64,000 bases of DNA. It comes from an uncultured delta proteobacterium. GTDB lineage: Bacteria; Desulfobacterota; Syntrophia; Syntrophales; Smithellaceae. Below the pieces are notes generated by a model that was not told the DNA's origin, did no database searches, and worked only from the letters and a program-made list of their open reading frames with translations. Location of the stretch: positions 320,001 through 384,000 of the forward strand of contig CAVWEH010000005.1 of NCBI GenBank assembly GCA_963753975.1, given 5' to 3'. Shown here piece after piece: positions 42,459 to 53,631 of this stretch. The translations under genes and the position numbers were made by a program. Position 1 is the stretch's first letter. Every line of letters begins with the position of its first letter.

Positions 42459-43571
42459 CTATCTACATCGGGCGGCTGCCATCAGCCGCTGTACAATGAA
42501 ATTTTCGAAAGACTCTCGCAAAGGTATTATCTCCATTTCCATGTACAAGACGCAAATCATTTTTAAAAATTCCGGATAATGCTGGAGGCGCATCGCGTCC
42601 TTCTCTGTGGTTACCAAATAATCGGCGCGCAGGCTGATGTATCTGTTTTTTAAATCTTCGAGATCGTAATGGCTGTAAGAATAATGATCTGGAAACGTAT
42701 TAAAAGACAGGATGTCCGCCCGCGTTGTAAGCAGCATTTTTTTAAAGGAATCCGGCTTGGCGATACCGCAGAAAGCGCAAACTTTCTTGCCTTGAAGTTC
42801 GCCGAGTGGTCGGTGGAAACTCTCATTTTGTTTGATCATTTCTTTGAACTGATGAACGGCACGGAAAATGGGTATGTTTGATGTGCGTGCGATCTCGGCG
42901 ATGTCATGATTTAAAAAGTGTTTCTCATCTGCGCGGGTCAGAATAAAACAACTGGCGCGGTAAAGGCCGTCCGCCGATTCGCGCAGTTCACCTCGCGGAA
43001 GAAGATGCCCGTTGCCCAGAGGTTTTTCGCCGTCCAGCAAAACAATATCTACATCGCGAAAGATTTGTCGGTGTTGGAACGCGTCGTCGCAGATCAGCAC
43101 ATTGACACCGAATTGGTCAATGGCGGTTCTTCCTGTTTGAATTCTCCGTGCGCCCGTAATGACGGGGATGTCCTGCAGCGACCGGGCAATGAGGAGTGGC
43201 TCGTCACCGACAGCGTCGGCATTCAATAAGATAGTTTTGCCGTCGGAAACAATATTAACGGACTTTGAGCTTTTGCCTCCATAGCCGCGGCTTAGAACTG
43301 CCGGCTGAAAACCGTTTTTTTGCAGCATTCTAGCCAGCATAATTACACAGGGAGTTTTACCTGTCCCGCCGACCGTGATATTCCCGACGCTAATCACCGG
43401 ACAGGGAAGTTTTACTGCCGGCAGTATTTTTTGATCGTAAAGCCAATTACGAAAATTAATAATCAGGCAATAAGGCAATGAAAGGACAGATGCAATCGTC
43501 CTGGCTGGTCGGTAACGGCTGCTGGCTTCGTCATCATCCCAAATCCTTTGCCAATTGATCATTTGCCACAT
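42459..43571 (-). CDS. lpxK: Tetraacyldisaccharide 4'-kinase
   Basis: SVGNITVGGTGKTP, LSRGYG, GDEP, DDAFQH, TTEKDA; start placed at ATG 43571. Confidence 0.93.
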   Translation of the reverse strand: MWQMINWQRIWDDDEASSRYRPARTIASVLSLPYCLIINFRNWLYDQKILPAVKLPCPVISVGNITVGGTGKTPCVIMLARMLQKNGFQPAVLSRGYGGKSSKSVNIVSDGKTILLNADAVGDEPLLIARSLQDIPVITGARRIQTGRTAIDQFGVNVLICDDAFQHRQIFRDVDIVLLDGEKPLGNGHLLPRGELRESADGLYRASCFILTRADEKHFLNHDIAEIARTSNIPIFRAVHQFKEMIKQNESFHRPLGELQGKKVCAFCGIAKPDSFKKMLLTTRADILSFNTFPDHYSYSHYDLEDLKNRYISLRADYLVTTEKDAMRLQHYPEFLKMICVLYMEMEIIPLRESFENFIVQRLMAAARCR

Positions 43572-45297
43572 TATTCCCTTCATCTTTGAATTGCAAATTG
43601 TACAGTCGGAAATATTCGCCCTTTTTCGTAAGCAGCGTTTCGTGATTGCCTTCTTCAACGATTTCTCCATTGACCAAAACTATTATCCTGTCGGCAGTGC
43701 GGATTGTAGAAAGCCTGTGCGCTATAACCAATGTCGTTCTGCCTTTCATGAGATTATCCAAAGCTTCCTGCACCTCGATTTCTGCTTCCGAGTCCAGAGA
43801 TGATGTTGCTTCATCGAGGATTAAAATAGGAGCGTTCTTGAGCAGTGCCCGGGCGATAGAAATTCTTTGTTTTTCTCCGCCGGAGAGCTTGGTGCCTAAT
43901 TCGCCGATGTTGCTATCATATCCTTGGGGCAGTTTTATGATAAAGTCGTGGGCATTAGCCGCTTTCGCGGCGTTGATTATGTCTCCCTCGGTCCGGTCGA
44001 TATCTCCGTAAGCAATATTGTTTTTCACGGTATCGTTAAAGAGAATTGTCTGTTGCGTGACAATAGCTATCTGACCGCGTAGAGACTGTATGGTCACGTC
44101 TCTAATATCGTGTCCGTCAATAAGGATGCGACCTTCAGTAACATCATAAAATCGGGGAATTAAATTTACCAGCGACGTTTTACCGCCGCCGCTCATACCC
44201 ACAAAAGCGACAACTTCTCCTGCTTTTATGGAAAGATTAATATTTTTTAACACCGGTGTCTGTTCATAACAGAACGTGACGTTTTCAATATCAATACTAT
44301 GTCTGACCGGTGGAAGATCGGTGGCACCTGCTTTATCTTGAATATCAGGAACCAGATCAATAATGCTAAAAACACGCTCGGCGCCGGCAATACCCTGCTG
44401 GATAGTGTTATTGACATTAGTCAGCCTTTTGACAGGCTCATAGAGCAGCAGCAAGGCAGCAAGAAAGGTGAAGAAGGAACCGGGAGTTTGATTGCCTTTA
44501 ACAACTTCACTGCCCGCGTAATATATTATGACGGCAATAACGATTGAACCCAAAAATTCCATAAAAGGACTGGAGATGGCATTAATGGAAACCGTCTTTA
44601 TACTTAATTTAAGCAGACGTTCATTCTCGGCATTGAATCTATTACTTTCATACTTTTCCATACAGAAAGCTTTGACAATGCGGGTTCCGGAAATTGTTTC
44701 CTGTAAAAGAGAGGTGAGTGTTCCCATCGTTATTTGTGTGGAGGTGCTCACTTTTCTCATTTTTTTGCCAAATTTAGAAATAGGGTAAATGGTGGCGGGA
44801 AAAACAATCATCCCAATTAAGGCTAATTTCCAATTAGTATAAAAAATCAAAGCAGTCAGGAAAATAACAGAGAAAGTGTCTTTAATTATGCTGGTAACAG
44901 CTTCCGAAGCAGCGGATTGAATGGCCATAACGTCATTCGTGATCCGTGACATGAGCACTCCGGTCGGATGCCGTGTAAAAAAAGCAAGGGATTGTTTCTG
45001 TATTTGTTCGTAGAGCTTATTGCGCAGATCAGCAACAATTCTCAGTCCAATCTGACTCATCAAAATAATCTGACAGTAGTTAGAAATTCCCTTTAGCCCA
45101 AAAATTCCAATGACGGCAAGGGGAATCCACATTAAGGCAAATGTGTTCTTATTCAGAAAAATATCATCCAGGGCCGGCTTAACTATATAAGCCTGTCCTG
45201 ATGTTAGCGCCCCTACTGCTGTCATGCAAATCAAAGCAATAGCTAATCGGAATTTAAAAGGTTTGGCCAATTTCAAAAGACGTTTAAATACTTCCAT
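43534..45297 (-). CDS. msbA: Lipid A export ABC transporter
   Basis: TMD plus NBD (GMSGGGKT, LSGGEKQR, LDEATS); located between lpxB and lpxK. Confidence 0.93.
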   Translation of the reverse strand: MEVFKRLLKLAKPFKFRLAIALICMTAVGALTSGQAYIVKPALDDIFLNKNTFALMWIPLAVIGIFGLKGISNYCQIILMSQIGLRIVADLRNKLYEQIQKQSLAFFTRHPTGVLMSRITNDVMAIQSAASEAVTSIIKDTFSVIFLTALIFYTNWKLALIGMIVFPATIYPISKFGKKMRKVSTSTQITMGTLTSLLQETISGTRIVKAFCMEKYESNRFNAENERLLKLSIKTVSINAISSPFMEFLGSIVIAVIIYYAGSEVVKGNQTPGSFFTFLAALLLLYEPVKRLTNVNNTIQQGIAGAERVFSIIDLVPDIQDKAGATDLPPVRHSIDIENVTFCYEQTPVLKNINLSIKAGEVVAFVGMSGGGKTSLVNLIPRFYDVTEGRILIDGHDIRDVTIQSLRGQIAIVTQQTILFNDTVKNNIAYGDIDRTEGDIINAAKAANAHDFIIKLPQGYDSNIGELGTKLSGGEKQRISIARALLKNAPILILDEATSSLDSEAEIEVQEALDNLMKGRTTLVIAHRLSTIRTADRIIVLVNGEIVEEGNHETLLTKKGEYFRLYNLQFKDEGNNVANDQLAKDLG

Positions 45298-45306
45298 ACT
45301 CTCCTT

Positions 45307-46491
45307 TTATAGCATATCTAGAGCGAGTTGGGCAGCCCTTATCGCCGCGCCCGGTTTGCCCAGCTTGGCACGAATTTCCGCCAGTTCATTTATCATTTCT
45401 TTCTTTCTTTCTACGCTTGTTAAAATACCGACGGCCTCGGAAGCAATGTTTTGCGCATTTGCCTTCTTCTGAATCAGTTCCGGGACCACAGTTTTACCGG
45501 CAATAATATTGGCAAGACCGATGTTTTTGACATTTACGATCGATTTGCCGATAAAATAAGACAGTGGAGAAATCTTATAGATAATGATCATTGGTACGCC
45601 AAGCAAAGCTGTTTCCAGAGTTGCCGTTCCTGAGGCAACAATGGCCAGATCGCAGCAGGATACGGCATCATAAGTCTGGCCGGAAATCACTTTAACTTTG
45701 ATGGGAAATCCGGAAACTATATCGCCAATTATTTTCTCTTCCAGAGTATCGGCCAATGGTAATATAAATTGTAAGTTTTGCATTTTTTGCGACAGAATTT
45801 CCGCTGCACGCAACATCTCCGGCAATAACTTGGTTACTTCGGAGAGCCTGCTTCCCGGCAAAAGCCCAATTGTTGTTTTGCTCTCATCGAGATTAAATAT
45901 TTTTTTCGATTCTTGTTTGGAATAGTCCGGTTTCACTAAATCCAGCAAGGGGTGGCCAACATAATCGACTTCAAACCCTTTTGTTGCGTATGTATCAACT
46001 TCAAAAGGAAGAATGACAGCCATTTTATCTACTAGTCTCTTAATTCTATTAATTCGGCTTTTGCGCCATGCCCAGACTTGCGGACTGATATAATAAAATA
46101 TTTTAATATTCCTTTTTTTTGCTGCCGGTGCAATAATATACAAATTAAAATCAGGATAGTCGATTAAAATGACAAGTTGGGGCCTCATTTCGTCCAGAGA
46201 TTTTCTTACCTGCCTGATAATCCTGCAAAAAGTACCAATTTTTGATATAACCTCGGTCAAACCGACAACTGCTGTTTCAGCCGCATTAACGAGAAGCTGG
46301 ACTCCTGCATCCTGCATTCTGTTGCCGCCAATACCATAAAAATTAAGTGTCGGATCAATTTTTAACATTTCCCGAACAAGACTGGCGCCGTGCATATCGC
46401 CCGATGCCTCGCCGGCAATAATCATTATTATTTTGTTTTTTCCGACCGCAGAAACTTCTTTCGGAACGGAATTTATTTTTTTACTGGGCAT
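45307..46491 (-). CDS. lpxB: Lipid-A-disaccharide synthase
   Basis: AGEASGD, IDYPDFN, YISPQVWAWR, LLPGSR, SGTATLE. Confidence 0.95.
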   Translation of the reverse strand: MPSKKINSVPKEVSAVGKNKIIMIIAGEASGDMHGASLVREMLKIDPTLNFYGIGGNRMQDAGVQLLVNAAETAVVGLTEVISKIGTFCRIIRQVRKSLDEMRPQLVILIDYPDFNLYIIAPAAKKRNIKIFYYISPQVWAWRKSRINRIKRLVDKMAVILPFEVDTYATKGFEVDYVGHPLLDLVKPDYSKQESKKIFNLDESKTTIGLLPGSRLSEVTKLLPEMLRAAEILSQKMQNLQFILPLADTLEEKIIGDIVSGFPIKVKVISGQTYDAVSCCDLAIVASGTATLETALLGVPMIIIYKISPLSYFIGKSIVNVKNIGLANIIAGKTVVPELIQKKANAQNIASEAVGILTSVERKKEMINELAEIRAKLGKPGAAIRAAQLALDML

Positions 46492-47575
46492 TATTAATCA
46501 CATCGGCAATAAGACTTATTTCTTCTTGACTCAATTCCGGAAACATCGGCAACGAAAGAACTTCATTCGCGCAAACCTCGCTCTGCGGCAGTTTTACCGA
46601 CAAATCATACAAATTTAGAAAAACTTCCTGCTGATGCAGCGGCACCGGATAGTAAACGGCCGAGGCAATGTCCTTCTCTCTAAGAGCAGTTGCCAGAGTA
46701 TCGCGATTCTTTGAGCGAATAGTGAATTGGTGATACACATGATCGCAACCCGAAGCGGCAGAAGGCAAAATTATATCTTTTCGATTGATGGCCGCGCAAT
46801 AAGCGGCGGCATTTTGGCGGCGAGCTTCGTTAAACCGACTAATTCTTTTGAGTTTGACGCGAATGACAGCGGCCTGAATTTCATCAAGACGGCTGTTGTG
46901 ACCTACTACTTGATGATGGTAGCGTACAGAGCTTCCATGATTGCGCAACATTTTTAATTGTTTAGCGATTTCTTCGTTTTTGGTGATAACCATTCCGCCA
47001 TCGCCGTATCCGGCCAAATTTTTACTGGGAAAAAAACTAAAACAGCCGGCATCACCTATGGTGCCTACCTTTTGAGAATGGTATTTAGCGCCGAAGGCTT
47101 GTGCGCAATCTTCAATTACTTTGAGTTTGTGTTTTCGCGCTATTTCCATAAGGGGCGCCATATCGGCAGGATGACCGAATAAATGGACCGGAATAATAGC
47201 TTTAGTTTTACGAGTTATTTTGTCGGTAATTTGGGCGCAATCGAGGTTAAAAGTATCGGGACAAATGTCCACAAAAACCGGGGTCGCATTTAAAAGGGCA
47301 ATTACTTCCGCTGTGGCTATAAAGGTAAACGGGGTCGTTATTACCTCGTCACCAGCCTTAATGCCGCAAGCACGCAGGGCAAGCAGCAAAGCGTCCGTAC
47401 CGTTGGCTACCCCGACAGCATATGGCAACTCGTGATAGGCAGCAATCTCTTCTTCCAGTTTTTCTACGTTCGGACCGAGAATAAACTGCGTTTGTTCCAA
47501 GACATCGCTGATAGCGGAGTCGATTTCACTTTTCAAAGCGCGGTATTGCCTTTTCAAATCCACCATCGGAATCAT
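46481..47575 (-). CDS. gnnB: DegT/DnrJ PLP aminotransferase, GnnB-like
   Basis: EDCAQAFG, SFFPSKNL, NSRLDEIQAA; located between the Gfo/Idh/MocA gene and lpxB. Confidence 0.75.
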   Translation of the reverse strand: MIPMVDLKRQYRALKSEIDSAISDVLEQTQFILGPNVEKLEEEIAAYHELPYAVGVANGTDALLLALRACGIKAGDEVITTPFTFIATAEVIALLNATPVFVDICPDTFNLDCAQITDKITRKTKAIIPVHLFGHPADMAPLMEIARKHKLKVIEDCAQAFGAKYHSQKVGTIGDAGCFSFFPSKNLAGYGDGGMVITKNEEIAKQLKMLRNHGSSVRYHHQVVGHNSRLDEIQAAVIRVKLKRISRFNEARRQNAAAYCAAINRKDIILPSAASGCDHVYHQFTIRSKNRDTLATALREKDIASAVYYPVPLHQQEVFLNLYDLSVKLPQSEVCANEVLSLPMFPELSQEEISLIADVINNAQ

Positions 47576-47576
47576 A

Positions 47577-48533
47577 TTACAGCAACGCCTCCGCGGTCTT
47601 CATCTTTTTTATTATGTCGCAGGCGAGTTCCAGCGACTTTCGGGCGTCATCACCGGAAACAGTGGGCTTAGAGCGACTGGCCACGGCATGAACGAAAGAG
47701 CGGATTTCTTCTTCCAGCGGGTCGTGACTGCCTACTTCGACATTGTTTTGAATTATTTCTAACTGCCCAGATCCGTTGATCCTTTTGCCCAGAGACACTA
47801 TTTCGCGTTTTTGATAATCGACGGAATGATAGCCTTCAATGCCGAAAAAACGGATCTTTTGCATCGTCTTGGAGCTAATACGACTGGCGGTAACATTGGC
47901 TATGCAGCCGGAAGCGAAAGAAAGCCGCGCGTTGGAAATATCAACTTTATCGGAAAGAACAGAAACGCCAACAGCCTCGACGGAGGCCAGCGGAGAATTT
48001 ACAAATTTCAATATAATATCGAGATCGTGAATCATCAAATCTAAGATCACATCTACGTCAGTGCCGCGCTCAAAAAACGGATGCAGCCTGTGCGACTCTA
48101 TAAAGACCGGCTTCTTGATGACTTTTTCCAGAGCCATTATTGCCGGATTAAATCTTTCCACAAAGCCGACCTGTAAAATAAGTTTGTTCTTTCGCGCGAG
48201 ATCAATCAACTCGTCAGCCTGTTCAATTTCCGAGCAGATGGGCTTTTCCACCAATACGTCGATTCCTGCTCCAAGAAAATCTTTCGCGACTTTGTAGTGC
48301 TCTCCTGTCGGAACAGCAATGCTTACGGCATCAACCTCGCCGAGCATTGCATGGTAGTCGGAAACGGCCGAACAATTGAAAATTGCCGCCGCTTTGGAAG
48401 CGCGATCTTTCACAGCATCGGCCACGCAGAAGATCTCGCAGTTTTCCAGTTTGCTGTACTTCTGCAGGTGATAATTACCCAAGTGTCCTGTCCCGACGAC
48501 ACCAATTTTGATTCTTTTTCTTTTCCCGACCAT
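47577..48533 (-). CDS. gnnA: Gfo/Idh/MocA oxidoreductase, GnnA-like
   Basis: GVVGTGHLG, VEKP, GFVERFNPA, DLMIHDLD; follows lpxA. Confidence 0.75.
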   Translation of the reverse strand: MVGKRKRIKIGVVGTGHLGNYHLQKYSKLENCEIFCVADAVKDRASKAAAIFNCSAVSDYHAMLGEVDAVSIAVPTGEHYKVAKDFLGAGIDVLVEKPICSEIEQADELIDLARKNKLILQVGFVERFNPAIMALEKVIKKPVFIESHRLHPFFERGTDVDVILDLMIHDLDIILKFVNSPLASVEAVGVSVLSDKVDISNARLSFASGCIANVTASRISSKTMQKIRFFGIEGYHSVDYQKREIVSLGKRINGSGQLEIIQNNVEVGSHDPLEEEIRSFVHAVASRSKPTVSGDDARKSLELACDIIKKMKTAEALL

Positions 48534-48537
48534 ATTC

Positions 48538-49311
48538 CTAGCGACAGGTGCCCCTTTTCGATTCTTGGATAAATTTTATGAAATGTCTTACTTCCGGAAT
48601 GTCCTCTACTTCTTCTTGAGCTTTCTTCAATGCGGTTTCCAAAAGTAGATTGGAGCGAAAAATAATGCGATAGGCATCCTTGAGAGCTTTAATTGTAGCT
48701 TCTGAAAAATTGCGCCTCTGGAGCCCGACCAGATTCAGACCGAAGAGTTTGGCATGATTGCCGTTGGCCAGCGTATAAGGAGGCACGTCTTTGGCCACTC
48801 CTGATGCGCCTCCGATAAACGAATGAGCTCCTATTGTGGAAAACTGATGCACGGCGGAAAGCCCGCTGATGATGGCATAGTCTTCCAGGTGAACGTGTCC
48901 GGCCAGAGTAGCCACATTCGACATAATGATGTTATTGCCCAGTCTACAATTATGAGCTACATGCGTGTACGCCATAAGCAGGTTATGATCGCCGATAACG
49001 GTCAGGCCGATATCCGCGCTGGTTGCTCTATGGATCGTGGCAAATTCCCGGATGGTATTGAAGTTGCCGATGACCACACGCGTCTTTTCGCCGCCGAATT
49101 TTAAATCCTGAGGCGGCGCTCCGATGGAACAAAACTGGAAAATTCGGCAATCTTCACCGATTTGAGTATAATCATCAATAACGGTATGCGGTCCGATGAC
49201 CGTGTTTTTACCGATCTTAACATCGGTGCCGATGATGCTGTAAGGACCGATCTCTACGCCTTCGTCCAGTTGAGCATCCGATGCAACTATTGCCGTAGGA
49301 TGAATCTTCAT
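48538..49311 (-). CDS. lpxA: Acyl-ACP:UDP-GlcNAc(3N) acyltransferase
   Basis: IHPTA, hexapeptide repeats, PQDLKF, HVAHNC, LAGHV, VHQF. Confidence 0.95.
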   Translation of the reverse strand: MKIHPTAIVASDAQLDEGVEIGPYSIIGTDVKIGKNTVIGPHTVIDDYTQIGEDCRIFQFCSIGAPPQDLKFGGEKTRVVIGNFNTIREFATIHRATSADIGLTVIGDHNLLMAYTHVAHNCRLGNNIIMSNVATLAGHVHLEDYAIISGLSAVHQFSTIGAHSFIGGASGVAKDVPPYTLANGNHAKLFGLNLVGLQRRNFSEATIKALKDAYRIIFRSNLLLETALKKAQEEVEDIPEVRHFIKFIQESKRGTCR

Positions 49312-49334
49312 CTATTCAACCTTCTCCTGAATAT

Positions 49335-50360
49335 TTATTTTTTTAATTGGAGCTCTTCCACCTTTTTGACCAAATCTTCCAGCGTTGCTCGCATTGCGGG
49401 AAGTCTTACCTGACAAGCCTCGATTTTCAACCATTCCTTATAAGGCATAAACGGCGTTCCGCCGCCAACCTGTCCGGACGGAATGTTCTTATGAATGCCT
49501 GAAGCGGCTCCGATCATGACGTTATCGCCAATAGAAATATGACCAACAATGCCGGTTTGCCCGGCAACAATGACACTTTTCCCAAGTTTGGCGGAACCGG
49601 AAATTCCGACCTGGGCAGCAATGACTGAATTTTCTCCAATAACAACATTATGCGCAACTTGCACGAGGTTATCGATTTTCACGTTACGTTGAATCCAGGT
49701 TTTACCCAATGTGGCACGGTCAACTGTAGTATTAGCGCCTATTTCCACATCATCATCTATTTGCACAAATCCCACCTGCGGGATTTTACTGTTGTCCCTA
49801 CCGGGATTGGCAAAGCCGAATCCATCGGCGCCAACAACAACCCCGGAGTGTAAAACTACTCGTTTGCCGATGATACAGGAATGATATACGGTAACGTTGG
49901 CGTATATTACAGAGTTTTCGCCGATTGAGGCGTTGCGTCCAATGTAAACTCCCGGGTAGATAACAGCTCCCTTATCGATTTTTGCCCCGTGGCTAATAAA
50001 TACCCGGGGGAATATGTGTGCTTCCGGAGAGACAACTGCGCCCTCCTCAATATAAGCATCTTTACTGATACCTTTAAAACCATGTTCCCAGGGGTAAAAA
50101 ACAGTTAATAATTTCCCCAGGGAGGCATAGGGATCGGCTACGATAATTAGATTCTTCCCTTCTGCTACAGTTTGAGGTGAAGCAAGAATAGCCGACGCTC
50201 GAGTCAGCTTCATTTTTTTCAGATACTTTTTGTTGGCGATGAATGTAAGATCGCCTTCATTCGCTTCCTCGATAGACGTTATATTGTTAATGATTACATC
50301 ATCCCGGCCAATAACGGTACCATCAAGAATCCGGGCTATTTCCTTAAGCGTCATTCCCAT
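49335..50360 (-). CDS. lpxD: UDP-3-acyl-glucosamine N-acyltransferase
   Basis: [32 protein letters not shown]. Confidence 0.95.
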   Translation of the reverse strand: MGMTLKEIARILDGTVIGRDDVIINNITSIEEANEGDLTFIANKKYLKKMKLTRASAILASPQTVAEGKNLIIVADPYASLGKLLTVFYPWEHGFKGISKDAYIEEGAVVSPEAHIFPRVFISHGAKIDKGAVIYPGVYIGRNASIGENSVIYANVTVYHSCIIGKRVVLHSGVVVGADGFGFANPGRDNSKIPQVGFVQIDDDVEIGANTTVDRATLGKTWIQRNVKIDNLVQVAHNVVIGENSVIAAQVGISGSAKLGKSVIVAGQTGIVGHISIGDNVMIGAASGIHKNIPSGQVGGGTPFMPYKEWLKIEACQVRLPAMRATLEDLVKKVEELQLKK

Positions 50361-50378
50361 TGCAAAAGAGTTTACCTG

Positions 50379-50894
50379 TTATTTTTTATTATACTCTTCG
50401 ATAACCTTCTTGCTAAAATCATTTTCTTTAGCATAATAAGGTACCGGCGTGCTGGCTATGTCTATAACCAAAGTATATTTCTCTTTTTCCGCGATAGCGC
50501 GTACGATTTTCACTATTTCCGGAAACAGCTTCTGAGAAAGTTCGGCATCGCGCCTTTTGAGTTCTTCATTGGCGTCATTAACCAGCAATTGATAGTCGCG
50601 CAACTTCTTCTGGTAAGCGGCTTCTTTATCTCGGCGCGCGTCGGCCGTTAGAATGGAGCCTCGTTTATCCAATTCATCCTTCATTTTCTTAAGTTCTTTT
50701 TCCGCCGAAGAAATTGACGCTTGCTTCTTTTCCGCCACTTTTTTTAAATCCTCTCCCGCCTTTTTGCCGGCGGTGGAATGTTGCATTATTTCTCTCATGT
50801 TGATAAAACCGATTTTGTCCGCAGCCCAGGAATTAGTGCTCCAGACAAAAAGCAGCAAGATAATTCCTCCCAGCAGGCAAATATTCCTTTTCAT
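50379..50894 (-). CDS. skp: Periplasmic chaperone Skp/OmpH
   Basis: Signal peptide, KIGFINM, coiled-coil body; located between bamA and lpxD. Confidence 0.9.
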   Translation of the reverse strand: MKRNICLLGGIILLLFVWSTNSWAADKIGFINMREIMQHSTAGKKAGEDLKKVAEKKQASISSAEKELKKMKDELDKRGSILTADARRDKEAAYQKKLRDYQLLVNDANEELKRRDAELSQKLFPEIVKIVRAIAEKEKYTLVIDIASTPVPYYAKENDFSKKVIEEYNKK

Positions 50895-50952
50895 ATAAAC
50901 TCTCCTCTCTATTTATTTGCAGATAAAATACATTCTTTATCTGCTTTTTGGG

Positions 50953-53631
50953 TTACATGAACATGCCGATAGTGAATTCCCAGCGGCCGATAGCATCATC
51001 ATTCACACCCTTGCGGTTAATCACGTAGCCGTATTCAAGCCTTAAAGGGCCGATCGGCGAATACCAGCGAATACCGCCTCCCACGGACTGTCGCAAATCA
51101 TCAATATAATATCCGTAGTCCCAAGTGTTACCGGCATCGTAAAAAAGAACGCCTTTCATGCCGGCCTCTTTAATAAGGGGAAAGACGAGTTCAAAATTAA
51201 AGACTAACATGGTTGTCCCGCCAATAACATCAGCCGTCCCCGGATTAGTCGGGCCGACATAACGAAATCCGCGCAGATCATTAATACCGCCTAAAACATA
51301 CCTTTCGAATATGGGTATTCTTGAAGAGTCATCATCAGTGTTTTGGATATATCCAATTCGTCCCTTTGTTACAAAGACCATGTCCCAAAACAGCGGATAA
51401 TAAGCATTTACGCCCGCTGAATATTTAACTAATTTTACATCCCCTCCTATGGGAGGACCTGCATATTGAACAGAAAAGGTTGTTCTAGTTCCCTTGGTGG
51501 GAAACATAATATCGTCAGTTGTATCGCGCACCAAAGATAATGTTGCGGCGCTTTTAATTCTTTGGCCTTCCGAATCTATAATAATCTGCGACGCCGTCGC
51601 CTGATTAACATCTTGAATATTATTAAGGGTAAGATTATAGCTGATATAGCTGCTGATTTTTTCCCAAAGCGGATAGCCCAAAGTAAGCCCTGCACCACGT
51701 GTATCCACAGTGTAGGAGTCATATATATTTTGATATTTCCAAATGTCCGTTTTAGCCCAAAGGGGCATGTCAAAAAGCCATGGCTCGGTAAAAGATAAGT
51801 CAACCATGTTGGTGCTGGAACCTAAAGACGCTTTCAGACTTAAAATTTGACCATAACCCAAGAAATTTTGTTCTGATATCTGCCCCATGATCATAGCTTG
51901 ATCGGCTGCGCTGTAACCGGCGCCAACCATGAACATGCCGGTATTTTTTTCTTTGACGCGAATATTCACATTCGTTTGATTTTTGTCGGGGCTTTTTTCC
52001 GTCTGGAAATCCACTTCTTCAAAATACCTGAGGCGATTCAAATTAGCATAACTACTCTTTAATTTAGAGCTGGAATACAAGTCCCCTTCAACTATATCCA
52101 ACTGGCGCCGGATAACCTTGTCGCGGGTATTGGTATTGCCGGTAATACTAATACGGCTAATATAAACCAGTCCGCCTTTATTTATTTGAAAATCAATATC
52201 GACTAATTGTTCTTTTTCCCTGGTATCAATTCTCGGATTAATATCTGCATATGCGTAGCCTTCATCATTACAGGCTTGAGTTAAGAAATCTATGTCCTTC
52301 ATCATCGCTTCCCGGTCATAATTTTTGCCTGGTTTTACAGTTAATGATTCCAGCAGTTCGGCTCTGGACTTTTTTAGCAAATCGCCGGAAATTTCCACTT
52401 TACCGACTTTAAATCTTTTCCCTTCTTTAATTTGAATTTTTATGTAAATTCCTTTTTTATCGAATGTTATTTCCGGTTCGGCGATTTGAGCGTTAATAAA
52501 ACCGTTATTGAAATAAAAAGCGGTCAATTTATTAATGTCTTGCTTGAGCTGGTCGCGCTTCAACAGGCCGGAATCTGTAAAAATGTTTAAAATATTGTAT
52601 TCTGAAGTGCTCATCATGTTTCTGAGCTCTTTGGAAGAGTAGGCTTCATTTCCTTCGAAGGTAATCGTTCGGACATAGACCCGGTCATTTTCTTTGATGT
52701 CCAGAATTACGTGGAAATCTTTTTCTCCATCTTTTTCTACTGAGTCGGTTATCTCGGCATTATAATAAGCTTTGCCGTCATAAAGTGTTTTAATTTTTTC
52801 TATATCTGCTTTGATTTTTTCCTGATTTAAGGTCTGTCCGGTCTTGATTGTCATAACCTCTTGGATATCATCCTTGCTTAAGGCTTTATTGCCTTTGATC
52901 TGAATATCCGTAATCAGTCCTTTTTCCAAAACAGTAAATGTGACAATTTTCCCCTGTGGCGTTGAGGTCGCCCCCGCGCTTACGTCCAGGAAAAAGCCCA
53001 TTTTGAAAATTGTCTTAATATCGGCTGTAATATCTTCTTCCAGATAAGGATTGCCCACTTTGCTTTTAAGCTGCTGAATAATAGCGGAGGATTCGATCTT
53101 TCGATTACCCTTAATTTCAATTTTGGCGATCTTTTCAATCAGACCCGTCCGAATAAGGATTTCGGTTTTTAATTGACTGGCTATGGCTCCCAGACTGGCC
53201 AGACCTTTACCGGAAACGGAAACCGGAGATAAAACACTTCCTGTACCGATATTAATTATTTTAGCGTCAACGCTTAACGTTTCACCTAATTGGGTCAAAC
53301 TGCCCATAACAACAAAATCGGCACGCAAAGATTTCCCCGCACTGATCGCCCGGCGTTCATCTATTTTCGTTTTATCTTTAAGAAACGAATCCGCGGGAAC
53401 AAATTGAATAAGTTTTCCTTTTTTTAATTCTTCGGACAATTTTCTGTACAGGGATTCCTTGATGGCAGCACTATCTTCCTTACTGTAAACTTCAAAAGGC
53501 AGTATGCTGATTTTTTTTAATTTCTGAGCATGCGCTGGGACAAGGGGAAAAAGCGACAAAAGCAAAAAAGTCCAACATATATGACGAGCTATTTTATTAA
53601 TGGTAATATTAATAATCATAAATTCTCCCAT
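50953..53631 (-). CDS. bamA: Outer membrane assembly factor BamA with an extra N-terminal alpha/beta domain
   Basis: POTRA repeats, GNTNTRDKVIRR, LRGF, SPIGPLRLEYG. Confidence 0.95.
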   Translation of the reverse strand: MGEFMIINITINKIARHICWTFLLLSLFPLVPAHAQKLKKISILPFEVYSKEDSAAIKESLYRKLSEELKKGKLIQFVPADSFLKDKTKIDERRAISAGKSLRADFVVMGSLTQLGETLSVDAKIINIGTGSVLSPVSVSGKGLASLGAIASQLKTEILIRTGLIEKIAKIEIKGNRKIESSAIIQQLKSKVGNPYLEEDITADIKTIFKMGFFLDVSAGATSTPQGKIVTFTVLEKGLITDIQIKGNKALSKDDIQEVMTIKTGQTLNQEKIKADIEKIKTLYDGKAYYNAEITDSVEKDGEKDFHVILDIKENDRVYVRTITFEGNEAYSSKELRNMMSTSEYNILNIFTDSGLLKRDQLKQDINKLTAFYFNNGFINAQIAEPEITFDKKGIYIKIQIKEGKRFKVGKVEISGDLLKKSRAELLESLTVKPGKNYDREAMMKDIDFLTQACNDEGYAYADINPRIDTREKEQLVDIDFQINKGGLVYISRISITGNTNTRDKVIRRQLDIVEGDLYSSSKLKSSYANLNRLRYFEEVDFQTEKSPDKNQTNVNIRVKEKNTGMFMVGAGYSAADQAMIMGQISEQNFLGYGQILSLKASLGSSTNMVDLSFTEPWLFDMPLWAKTDIWKYQNIYDSYTVDTRGAGLTLGYPLWEKISSYISYNLTLNNIQDVNQATASQIIIDSEGQRIKSAATLSLVRDTTDDIMFPTKGTRTTFSVQYAGPPIGGDVKLVKYSAGVNAYYPLFWDMVFVTKGRIGYIQNTDDDSSRIPIFERYVLGGINDLRGFRYVGPTNPGTADVIGGTTMLVFNFELVFPLIKEAGMKGVLFYDAGNTWDYGYYIDDLRQSVGGGIRWYSPIGPLRLEYGYVINRKGVNDDAIGRWEFTIGMFM

